A stretch of DNA of 64,000 bases from Hypanus sabinus (lineage: Eukaryota). The notes beneath the pieces were generated by a model, which was not told where the DNA came from, ran no database searches, and saw only the letters and a list, made by a program, of their open reading frames with translations. The stretch spans positions 155,372,001 through 155,436,000 of the forward strand of contig NC_082707.1 in NCBI RefSeq assembly GCF_030144855.1. Reading direction: 5' to 3'. Both the position numbers and the translations under genes were made by a program. Shown one piece after another: positions 38,739-50,431 of this stretch (position 1 is its first letter; the number at the start of each line of letters is the position of its first letter).

Positions 38739-38916
38739 CTTAATCAGAGGGGCAGTTGCAGCAATGGCTGCTGCAGTGGCAGCTGCTGTCGTAATGGAAT
38801 TGGAGTTACAGTTGTTCTCTCTAGCACCCTGTATAAATGACTTCTTGTCTTCAAAAGAAGGCTTCCGCAGAAGCTGTACTTTAACATTTTTTCCTTTGGG
38901 GTTACTCTGCAGTTTT
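38739..38916 (-). CDS. KIAA0586: KIAA0586/TALPID3 coding exon (178 nt, phase 2->0; KLQSNPKGKNVKVQLLRK...SITTAAATAAAIAATAPLIK)
   Basis: Pyrimidine tract ttctgtttccccccatttacacAG and AAG|GTTGGT donor. Contains the hallmark TALPID3 motif AAATAAAIA(T)A(A)PLIK. The ORF track shows only the wrong frames here. Confidence 0.95.
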
Positions 38917-39235
38917 CTGTGTAAATGGGGGGAAACAGAAACAACTTTGACATATAACCAGTTACTTTTTAAGTCTAATGTTATATCTATTTATAGTGTC
39001 TACTTTATGGTGAGTGAAGGAGAGATAAATGATGGAAATGTTTCTGCAGTATTTTTAAGCATTATATTTACATAGATCTGCTGCATATTAATACAAAACT
39101 AGCTGAAGTTACTTTAAAACAGCAACACGCATTACTTACCAAAAGAGATACCACTGTCTTTTCTAACAAGCAAATGCAAAAGAAATGGAAGTTGATGGGT
39201 GCAGTCTGTACAGCATGGTTACTAATAATGTCAAG

Positions 39236-39570
39236 GAGAGATCTCATTGAAATCTATCAGATACTGAAAGGCCTGAGTGGGTGCAGAGGGTGCTTCCATT
39301 AGTAGGAGAGCCTAGGACATGAGAGCACAGCCCAAGAATAAAGGCATGTCCTTTTAAAACTAAGATGAGGAATTGCTTCAGATATAGGGTGGTGACATTG
39401 TGGAATTTGTTTCTGCAGAGTGCTGCATAGGTCAAGTCATTGGGTGCATTTCTGGTTCTTGATTGGTAAGGGGTTTAAGGATTATGAGGTAAAGGCAGAA
39501 GAATAGGATTGAAAAATGAAATCAGGCACAGTTGAATGGCAGAGCCAAATAGTCTAATTCTGCTCCTATA
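39236..39570 (+). mobile_element. CR1 3' fragment
   Basis: DLIEIYQILKGL, HSPRIKACPFKTKMRN and the ctaattctgctcctata tail. Confidence 0.75.
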
Positions 39571-40159
39571 TGAAACAGACAAGGAGTATTAATAGCTAAA
39601 TCTGAGATAATTAGCATAGATTTGGAATTAAGATCAATAATGCACAAATTCCACTTCCGGGATTTCAACACTGAAGCAAAGAATTTAAGATCAGCTGAAA
39701 AAGGTCTTATTAAGGAAAAAATATCTATGGCAGAAGTTTTGTTTAAAGAATTATTTTAACTTGTAGTATCCATTGTAGACTAGGCAAGCTTCAAAATTTT
39801 CTTCTACAAGTTTTAAAGGTAAATTGATGTGATGATGCAAATCACTAATTGGCAGTTTATTAATATGCTTCACAAGTTGCAATTATCAATTATAGATTAT
39901 ATGTTTTAGCAACTGAAGGTCAAAATGCCCAGATTTCTAGGATTGAGTGAAATCTATGAATTCAATTTCTTTTAAGAAAATTAAAATTTTCCAATTATAT
40001 GGATTAATTGATTTTAATCAGTTATTCAACCACAGTAGTGGCATACTTTATTACAGCTTTATAATTTTCCAAAACTGAAATTTTATAACATAATTTCCAA
40101 CACTTGCAAAAATCTTTTTTTTTTCATTACCATTTCAACTGAGGAAACATGACAACTTT

Positions 40160-40400
40160 ATTTAGATTTACAGCATAGTAATAGGCCTTTCTGATCCAAT
40201 GAGCCTGTGCCATTTAAGTGTACACAGGTGACCAATTAACCTAACCTATGCATTTTTGGAATATGGGAAGAAACTGGAGCATCCTGAGGAAACTCACGTA
40301 GTCATGGGGAGAAGTAGAAACTCCTTACAGACAACAGCAGAATCGAACCGGAATCGCTAATGCTGTAAAGCATTACTCGAACCATCATGCATCCATATAC
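40160..40400 (-). mobile_element. V-SINE (HE1-like) copy
   Basis: Reverse complement has a B-box-like GGTTCGATTC followed by the V-domain gtctgtaaggagttt..ttctccccatgact.cgtg.gtttcctc.gg.tgctcc.gtttc.tccca. Confidence 0.8.
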
Positions 40401-41849
40401 CACCCTAAAAACTAAAATCATGAATAAAACTTTAAAAATTTGATACAGTTTACTCAAAATTTAAATTTCAAGGTTTACTGCATGAGATGATTTGATAACT
40501 GGATCATGGAATTTTTTAAGAAAGTATTTTTTAAATTTAGTATCAGAATAGTAATGAATGTACCTGGATAGCAGTGGAATCTTGAAGGCCAATTTGCTCA
40601 TTCCTGCTCCTATTCTAGTTAAGTATCATTTAGGCAACAACTATAATTAATTTGTGCCAATGCATCGTTTCCACATAATATATATCATTCTGTGTAATAA
40701 TTTGTCAATCTGACATTAACACAGACCAACTGTACAAATGCTTTTGCCTTTATCTAAGCATTGCTTTATTCATTAATAGATGGTAAGACACCTCTTTAGG
40801 TTAAAACATTGAATGAAAGGATATTGCTCTAAGAAGCTGCATTATTACACACTTAGCTTTTCCACAATGCACCAACACTGGACTTCTCAGTTGCAGGAAA
40901 TATACATCTAGAATCAATGCTGTTAAACTCTTTAAGAATTACATTTCTAAGAGATCACCTAAATAAGACTATCAGCTTCTCAACCAAATGAACACAAAAA
41001 TCATTTAAAGAACACAGTTTATCAATCAAGTAGCATAAATGATATTTAAATTTATTACAAAGAATCCAAAAAATGCTTCAAAGAGAATCAAAAGAAATAA
41101 TGTGAGCAAAACAGAAATTCTGCAATGTGTTTTAACTTTTAAATATTAATTTTACTAAAATAAGATTCATGCATGTCAAATTAAATCCAATATCTCCAAG
41201 CCTATCTGGCATAACCTCCACTCTCTAATTTTTTCCAACATTCTACAAAGATAATGCCTTATAGTACTTTCAGAATCACTCTTCCAATCCATTACAGAAA
41301 ATACATTTTAGCTCCTCCCCTCTTTGTATCCATGATCCCCAATTATCAATGCCAGAGAAGTAACAATTTACTTGCACTCCTTTCAGTTAGTACACTATAT
41401 CCACTACTCATAATATTGTCTTCTGCACACTGGGAAGTACTGAACAAGCACAGATAGGGTGACTACTGTTGTTACTGTGATCAAAATCACTGGGACATAT
41501 GCCAAAATGTGTTGATTGTGTCCAGGACCAACGACCCCACCCATCTATCTGACTGGGAATGGACCTTGCCGCTGAGTTAGGCTTTTATTTACAAATAAAG
41601 ATTAGCTTTGTATGTCCCATGTGCAAGTCCGTACCTACACTTGTATTCAGTGTTTGCATCATAACTTTTTGTGTCTGTATATTAGCTTCTTGCGAATTTT
41701 GCGAGGAGTCACCCTGCTCCAATTACAGCTCAAAGCCCGTCAGTTATTATTTGGATTAATTAATTGGATTATTTGGATAGTATTCTCTTTTGTTGTGTCC
41801 CTCCAAAAATGGACCATTTTGCAATTTAGTTCGTTATGCCTATGTAGAG

Positions 41850-42890
41850 ATTAAAGATTAGTTTTATTTGTCACATGTACATTGAAGCATCCGGTGAAAT
41901 GCTTCATTTGTGTCAACGACCAACATAGCCTGCAAGTGCTTCTGGTGCCGACATAGTGTACCCACAACTTACTGACTCTAACCCATATGAATTTGAAGTG
42001 TGGGTGGAAACCGGAGCACCAGAAGGAAACCCATGGTCTTGTCAAGAATGTGCAACGTTCTTCCTGACATCATGGATTGTAGGGGTATGGAGGCTATAGT
42101 CCCGGTGCAGGTTGATGGAAGGAGGCAGTTAAATGGTTTCAGCATGGACTAGATGGGCCAAAGGGCCAGTTTCTGCCTGTTTCTGGCATGTACTTTTCTA
42201 GGACTCTGTCAGTGGGAAGTGAACCTGGGTCATGGGACCTAATCAAGAATCTATCAACATTTTCTTTAAATATACCTAATATCTTGGCCTGCACAGCCTT
42301 TTGGGATAACAGATTCACATAACAGTGAGATGTGTCGATTGTGTCAGGGATGTGCTGGGGAAACCTGCAAGTGTTATCATACGTTACAACATAACATGGT
42401 GACAACTTACTAATCCTATCCCGTACGAAACTGGAGCACCCAGAAGAAACCCACATTGTCACGTGGAGAATGTGGCACTATGGTGGCATAATGGTTAGTG
42501 CAACACTACTACAGCACAGGGCCTCGGTTTTCAGAGTTCAGTTCCAGCACTGTCTGTAAGGAGTTTGTACGTTCTCTCCTTGACTGCCTGGATTTCATCC
42601 CACAGTCCAAAGATGTACTATTTTGTAGGTTAATTAGTCTTTGTAAATTGTCCCATGATTAGGTTAAATAGGTGGGTTACTGCGTAGAAGTCTGCACTCT
42701 ATCTAGAAATTAATGTAATATGTATTATTAGATTATTTATATATTTCTTATTGTAATTTATAGTTTGATTTTTATGGGGAGAAGGCTGGGAACTGGGGTT
42801 GAGGAAGGAAAAAAAGGATCAGTCATGATAGAATGGCAGAGCAGGTTCGATGGGCCAGATGGCCTAATTCTGTTCCCGTGTCTTATGGAG
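41850..42890. mobile_element. Cluster of V-SINE (HE1-like) copies and CR1 tails in both orientations
   Basis: Minus V-domain at about 42000-42060 and 42425-42470. A plus copy from about 42475 has A box TGGCATAATGG (42484-42494) and B box GAGTTCAGTTCC (42534-42545). CR1 tails at about 42070-42195 and 42775-42890. Confidence 0.75.
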
Positions 42891-44121
42891 AAGCACTGAA
42901 GGAATCTTTAATCAGCAGGCATTCTTGTGATGACACTTATGTTAGAGTCTCACAAACCCATAGTACATTACATTTTATACCTTTAAGATCAAATGTAACA
43001 AGCAACTGATACAATGTAATTTCAATGATTACAATGACATCATTTACTTCAATATTTTGGGTTGACAATGCCTCCTTTGAACTACATATGACAGTGGAAG
43101 AAACCTCTAATGTTCAAACACCCATGCTGGAACAAACGTATTGACAAAAAACAGCTGAAGACACAGCCAGACACCTGAGTACACAATACATCAGCTATTG
43201 ATTGGAACTATAGCTGTGACCATGTTTGATTTGCTAAGTGACAACATCAGTCTGGTTTGCCAGCTTGAACTCAAGTCTTGATGGTGCAAATAACTTAGCC
43301 CATGTTGCCTGGTTTGATGCAGGGCCAATGATCATAACCTCCCATTGTCTTAATGTTTGGTTGATGCATATGCAAACATCTCATGGTCACCATTTTGCAA
43401 ACCATCTGTCTTAGTCTGTGGGCAACCTATGCTCCACAGACAATGCAAAGACATACTTTTAACTTCAATCTACTGCTTGCATTTTACAATCCACATTAAG
43501 AAATGAAGCTGTGGTTCTTGTTTAAATTAATTGCTGCCAATATTCACGCAACTCAAGAATACTCCCTAACAATTGCTTTGCAGAACACTTCCATTGTCAG
43601 AGGCATCATCTTTCAGAGGAGATATTAAACTTAAGACCTTTAACTACTCTATTACATCGATGTTTCAGAATCCACAGCACTACTCCAAGTAAGGGCATGA
43701 TGCTCTGGTGATATTTATTCCTTAAATCATCAAACAAAATAAAATTATCCAGATATTGTTGCTCAGCGAGCTTGCTATGCACAAATTAACAGCACCATTT
43801 TTCATGGATAAATTTTAAAGTGGTTAGAAATTATTTGGAACATTGAGATCCTCAAAAATCTTAGCTAATGCAAGTTTTTGCATCAATGGAGATGAACTTT
43901 GAATCAATTAGGACACTAGTTTAAAGTATGCCTGCTGGCATACTGAGGTAGCACATTAAAAGCAATTAAATTTTAACAAACATCTCTTACATCTCTTACT
44001 GTTCACAGAAATTACATTATTGAACAGGAATTTAACTAATGATATAACCACAGTCTATGTTGCTTCTTTCACCCTAAAAAAAATTGAATGGGCTGTTAAA
44101 AATGACCATTTTGTAACTTAC

Positions 44122-44188
44122 CGCTGAACAATAGCTTTCACTGCTTCATTTTGTCCTCCAGTGTAGTGGGAGATCAAAATATCATTTC
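44122..44188 (-). CDS. KIAA0586: KIAA0586/TALPID3 coding exon (67 nt, phase 1->2; GNDILISHYTGGQNEAVKAIVQR)
   Basis: tttcAG acceptor and CG|GTAAGT donor. Peptide resembles recalled vertebrate TALPID3 [24 protein letters not shown]. Confidence 0.88.
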
Positions 44189-44442
44189 CTGAAAGGTATA
44201 CAAATTCATTTTATACCTTTTGCAACTACCACAGCAAATAGCAAAAAAAAATTATTCTTCAACATATGTCATTGATAATTCATGTACTGCCAAAAGGTTT
44301 GCAAAACAGAAAATCAAAATATTGTAATTACAACTAATGAAATTTACAACAGCAATCTATGATCTGATTTATTTTCTTCAGTCTATAACACAACTACTGT
44401 CTCATAAAAACATTACATGCAGATAAAATTATAAACAAGTAA

Positions 44443-45337
44443 TTTGGATGACACGACGATGCTTGGCTTCATCAACAACGATGTGTCAGAGTACACCGAG
44501 GAAGTGGAGTGGATGCAGGACTGGTGTGAGAAAAACAACCTAAATCTGAACATGGAGAAGACTAAGGAAATGATTGTGCACTTTCAATAGGTTCAGATGA
44601 ACCATCCCCCCTCTACAAATACATGGCTCCTCCATAGAGAGAGTTAAGTGCACCAAATTTCTGGGAGTCCACATCATGGACAACCTCACCTGGTCCTTCA
44701 ATATCACCTTTCTGAATAAGAAGGCACAGCAACACCTCCATTTCCTGAGGATATTAAGGCAAGTGAGGCTTCCCTTCTCTCCCCCCACCCCATCTTAACT
44801 GAATTCTACAGGTGCACCATTGAGACTGTCCTGACAAGTTCTATCTCCATCTGGTATGACAGCAACAGAGCATCAGACCGTTAGTCCCAACAAAAGACTG
44901 TAAATATGGCCAAGAGGATCATAGGGGTCTCCCTACCACCCAACAGGGATATTTACCAGGAGCACTGTGTACAGAGGGCACTGAGCATTATCAAGGATCC
45001 TACCCATTCATCCAGCATTCTCTTTAGCATTCTACCATCAGGCAGGAGACTCCGATGCACAAAGACAAGAACAGTCAGGATGGGAAACAACTTCTTCCCT
45101 CAGGCCATTGGGCTTCTGAACTTCCTGCAACATCACATTCGAAGTGTCACCAGATAATTTGTACTGTACCCTACAATACTTAATGTATGCACTTTACTAT
45201 GTTTATCTACCAGCAATTCATTTGTAAATTTAATTTTTAAGCTATTGTGCATTATATGTACTACAGTGCTTTACACTTTGGTCCAGGGAAATGTTGTCTC
45301 GTTTGTTGGTATATAGTTAAATGACAATAAACTTGAC
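44443..45337 (+). mobile_element. Rex1/Babar LINE 3' portion
   Basis: DDTTMLGFI, KTKEMIV.F, KFLGVHIMDNLTWS, ILPSGRRLR..RMGNNFFPQAIGLLN. Ends aataaacttgact. Confidence 0.85.
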
Positions 45338-46344
45338 TAGAGGTTTAATTCTTCATAGAAGAGGCCTAGGCCCAACCATCTTCAGTTGCTTCTTCAATGA
45401 GCCTCCTTCCAATGCATACACAAGAATAGATATAGTTACTGATGATTGCACAAAGTTAACTTCCATTTACAACTCTTCAGTAAATTAAAAACCATACAAT
45501 ATTCAGGCATGGGCTGATAAATGCAAGGTGCATTCCACAAACAAGAAAAAGGCAATGACCAATTCCAGCACGTTATATTTTAACTACCTGTTAATCACCA
45601 GAATATACCAGATAATCAATGGCATTACCATTATCAAGAGGCCCACCATCAACACCCTGGGTTTACCACCAAATATAAACACAATCACCCACCTGGATAA
45701 CTCATAAAAACTATGGCAAAAACTAGGTAGCTTGCAATAAATGACCTATCTCATGATAGCCCAAAACCCTTTCACTACCTACAAGCACTATGTCAACAGA
45801 ATGACAGAATACTCTCCACTGGCCTGGATGACCACAGTTCCAACAACAATCGAGAATGTGCTTGACAGGCTCCTATCTGCCAGACTAAACATATATTGCC
45901 TTTGTCACCAGTGCACCATGGCTTTAGTATATGTAATTTGCCAAACTGCATATTACAGAATTTGAGTGCATTTGTTCACATGGGATACTCCATTTGTTAT
46001 CTGCCTAGCCCACGAAACTTGGGAACAGCACCACTTCAAGGTTCCTCTCCAAGTCATACACATTCTAATGTGTGGGAAAAAAATTTCCATGTGTGCCAAA
46101 ATCAATAGTTTACTGCCATCCTCAGGAATATAAGTGCTGGGCAACAAATGTCTTGCCTGCAAATGACAAATTAGAAAACTGAATAGAACATAGAACAGTA
46201 GAGCACAGCACAGGTCCTTCGGCTCACAATGTTGTGCCAACCTTTTAACTTACTCCAAGATCAATTTAGCCATTTTCTCCCACATAGCCTTCCATTTTTC
46301 TATCATCCGTGTGCCTGTCTAACAATCTCCTAAATGTCCTGGCA

Positions 46345-46815
46345 GTGCTTTCCATAAACTTACCTTTGGGGTCCTCCCTTGGTCAGGATCAACCATAGCA
46401 TCCTCGCTGTCTAAGTGATACACAAGACAATGCACAAGGCAGGCTACTATGATCCACAGCAGGCTCCCCCTCACCACACAGTTGATGAATCCAAAGGAAC
46501 AGCAGAGACTGATACAGTCTGGCACCAGCAGCTTTGCAGTCGTCAACATAGGACTCTCTTAGGGACTCCAGCTCTGGATTTTTCCTTAGGCTTTACTCCC
46601 AAAGCCTTCCCTAAGAGTGTATATAGCCGCAAGGCAGTGGAGCTTTGAGATCAGAGTTTTCTTTCTCCTAGATGAGCTGCCATGAAAAGTCCCATCTGCC
46701 TGAAGTAACTGGTTTTAAGGTGCCTTTTCCTCTTCTTCTGTCAATAGAAATGGTTCCACTGGGCTTGGTAGCTAAGTCACACATGAAGGCCAGGAGCTGG
46801 ACTTAGTTGTCAAAG
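46345..46815 (-). mobile_element. RTE-related non-autonomous element
   Basis: Non-coding. Carries the recalled RTE 5'-region motif (minus: GGCAGCTCATCTAGGAGAAAGAAAACTC) and is homologous to 55733-56310. Confidence 0.6.
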
Positions 46816-47477
46816 TGCAAAGTTTAAATTAAGCACATACAGTATACCATATATAACCTTGAGATTCATCTCCTTTCAGGCAGCCACAAAACAAAGAAAC
46901 CTAACAGAAACCATTGAAAAAAGTGTCAAACATCCAATGTGTAGAAAAAAAACAAATTGTATAAATCAGTAAAAATAAGCAAATAACATTCTGAACTGAA
47001 GTTCACAATAATGAGTCCACATCCACGAAGCCAGTCATCAATACAGCTGATCCAAGAGTCCATTAGTTACAGCCCAAGCTTCAATTCCACAGAGAGTAAA
47101 CCTCATGGAGCAGTGAGCTGAACACTGGCCTGTCCCTCGCCTTGGGCCCTGACACCTTCAGTGCTGCACATTCAAGACTTCAATTCACACTACAAAAATG
47201 CCAGGTGGTTCAAAAGCTCAACTCCGAAAAGGAAGTTACAGGCTATTGATTTTGGTGATAGTATCTGAGAAAAAGAGTGATTAATACAGTAATTTATATT
47301 TTTGTCTGTTACCAGCAAGTCATCACTGTGCATCACCAGCTCCCTCTTAAACTGGAAGCTAGGAAAGAGTCTATTTGAGATGCACACCACTGGGAGTATT
47401 TATTAGGTAGTAGAGCTTATTCCCACTACCTCCCTGACTATGACAATCTTAAGGAGCCAAATAAATGTGCTGGCTGC

Positions 47478-49950
47478 CTCTCTATCTATGTCTCTTATCA
47501 TCTTATATACCTCTGTCTAGTCACCTCTCATCCTCCTTTGCTGCAATGACAAAAGCCTAACATGCTCAACCTTTCCTCAAAAGATATGCTCTCTAATCCA
47601 GGCAATATCCTAAAACATCTCCTCTGCACCCTTTCTAAATATTCCAAAGCCTTCCTATAATGAGGTAACCAGAACTGAACACATACTCCAAGTGCATTCT
47701 AACCAGAGATTCATAGAGCTGCAACATTACCTCGTGATTCTTGAACTCACCCCCCCCCCCCCAAACTAATGAAGGCCAACACACCATATGGTTTCTTAAC
47801 CACCCTAACAACTTGCATGGCAACTTTGAGAAATCAGTGGACTTGAACCTCAAGAAATCTCTGCTCTCTTCCTCCACACTATTAAAAATCCTGTCATTAA
47901 CATATTCTGCCTTCGTTAGATCTTCTAAAATGAATAACTTCACATTTTCAGAGACTGAAATCCATTTGCCTCTTCTCAATTCAGCTCTCCATTCTATCCT
48001 ATTGCAACCTATGCCAACCTTCTACACTATGTACAACACTACCAACCTTCATGTCATCTGCAAACTTACCAACCTACCATTCCATTCCATCATTCAAGTC
48101 ATTTATAGAAAATCACAAGCAGCAGTGGTCCCAAGACAGATCCCTGTAGAACACCAGTAGTTACGGACCTCCAAGCAGAATACACTCCATCTACGACCAC
48201 ACTCTGCCTTCTGTAAGCAAGCTAATTCTGAATCCACACAACCTAGTTTCGCTGGATTCTTTGTCCCCAGACCTCAGAATGAGACTACCAAAAGGAATCT
48301 GCTTGAATGCCATAATAAAACCTATACACATCACATCCACTGCTCTACCTTAATTAATTTAGTCACTTTCTCGAAAAAGTTCATCAGGCTCATGAGGTCT
48401 GACCTGCCCCTCTTAAAGCAACCCTGACTATCTCTAATCAGACAATGCTTCTCCAAGTGCTTGTAAATTGTGTCTCTAAGAATTTTCTCCAAGACTCACT
48501 GCTCTATAATTCCCAGGATTATCCCCATTAGCTTTCTTGAAAAAAGGAATAAAATTTGCCATCCTCCAATCTTCTGCGACTAATCCTGTGGGTACTGAAG
48601 AAGCAAAGATCATCATCAACTTCCAATCAATCTTTTCCCTCTTCACTAGTAACCTAGGATATATCCCATCCTGCCTCAGGGACACATCCATCCTAATGTT
48701 TTTTAAAAAGTTCCAAATCATCCTCTTCCTTAATCACAACATGTTCCAGCATATTAGCCTGTTCTGTACTGACTTCACATATGTCAAAGTCTCTCTCACT
48801 GCTGAATACAGAAGCAAAATATTAATTGAAGACCTCCCTGACTTCCTTTAACTCCAGGCATGTTTCCTCCTTTATCCCTGATCAGTCTTACAGTCTTCAT
48901 TCAGTTCTTTACATGTGTAAAACACACTGGGGTTTCCTTACTTCCATTTGCCAAGGCCATCTCATGTCCCCTTCTAGCTCTCCTAAGTCCAAGCTCTTTC
49001 CTGGCTAACTTTTAAGTCTAAAGAGCCCAGTCTAAACCTCAAGTATATTTCTTCCTCTTCTATCCCTCTTTCATGGTTCCATGCCTCAATGGGACAGACC
49101 TACCGATAACCCCATGAAAGTAACAACATGTACATTTCTACTGTACATTTTTCGGAGACATCTGTTCCCAATTTACACTTCAAAGTTACTGCTTAGTAGC
49201 ATAATTAGCCCTCCCCCAATTTAACACTTTTCCATACTGTCTGCTCCTATCCCTATCCAAGGCTATGCTAAAAGCTAAGGAGCTATGATCGCTATCTCTG
49301 AAACGCTCACCCACAGAGGGTGCTGGCATCACATCAGGTTTTTTACCTACTACTAGATCCAGTATGGCCTCTTCTCTAGTCAGCCTGTCCACATATTGTG
49401 TGTCAGGAATCCTATTTGGACACATCTAACAAATTCTGCCCCATCTCATACTAAAGAGGTGCAAGTCAATATTAAGGTAGTTGAAGTCTCCTATGACAAC
49501 AACCCTGTTATTTTCACACCTTTCCAAATTCTGCCTACCGATCTGCTCTTCAGTGTCTCGATTCCTACTGGGAGGCCTATCGAAAACTCCCAACAGGGTA
49601 ATTTCTCCCTTCCTGTTTCTGACTTCCACCCATATTGACTCAGTAAATCATCCCTCCACAAGGTCCTTCTTTTCTGCAGCTTTGATACTATCCTTGATTA
49701 GCAATGCCACTCCCACACTTATTTTACATCTCTCCCTATCCCTTTTGAAACATTTGAAACCCCAGAACACTCCTGCTCTTATGACATCAAAGTCTCCGCA
49801 ATGGCCACAACATCATAGTTCCATATTCTAAGTTCATCACCCTTGTTCCTGATACTTCTTGGATTAAAGAAAATACATTTTAACCCATCCGAGTGCAATC
49901 GTACCCTATCCACTGCCTATCCTTCCTCACAGTTTATCTACGCATCGCAC
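47478..49950 (-). mobile_element. Degenerate CR1 LINE (EN through RT, internal deletions)
   Basis: GVFDRPP, VIGDFNY, ILDLV, DSDHSS, EDWRMAN..PFFKK..DNPGNYRAVSL and VMLQLYESLVRMHLEY on the minus strand. Confidence 0.88.
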
Positions 49951-50431
49951 CTACCTTTAAACCAGCTCTTCCCCTACCACTGTGGTTCTCACAGAATTTA
50001 CTCACAGAAGTACCGTTTAACAGATAGAAAGCAGTAAAAATAACACAGGTCATTTTCAAGTTGGGAAGGATTGGTACTGAGGCCTCAGTTATTCATAATC
50101 CCTATCAATAATTTGGATAAATCCAACTTTGCAAACGATTCTATGCTCCCTGCTTCCTTGTCCACTGAGCAATGGTCAGGAGTCAACAGGGCTGTGAGGA
50201 GGATATGGAGGGACTTGCCTATATAACACGTTAAGTGAATGAGCAAGATGCAATGTCCATTTCAGAAGAAAAATGGTGAGAGATTGAAAGGTACTAGTGT
50301 TTATAAGGACCTGGATATCCTTATGAATTACTTAAAACACAGCATGCAATTAAGATGACAAACAACAAATGGATTACATTACAGAAGAATTTGGGTAGAA
50401 AGGTAGAGATATCTTGCTCCAATTATATCAT

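Noticed and set aside
38623-39075. 150-aa plus-strand ORF with poly-Ala (AVAAMAAAVAAAVV)
   Set aside because: It is the antisense shadow of the Ala-rich TALPID3 exon joined to a Penelope fragment.
41559-41854. Cys-rich and hydrophobic short ORFs in unique-looking sequence
   Set aside because: No recognisable family, splice context or poly(A)/TSD evidence for a retrocopy.
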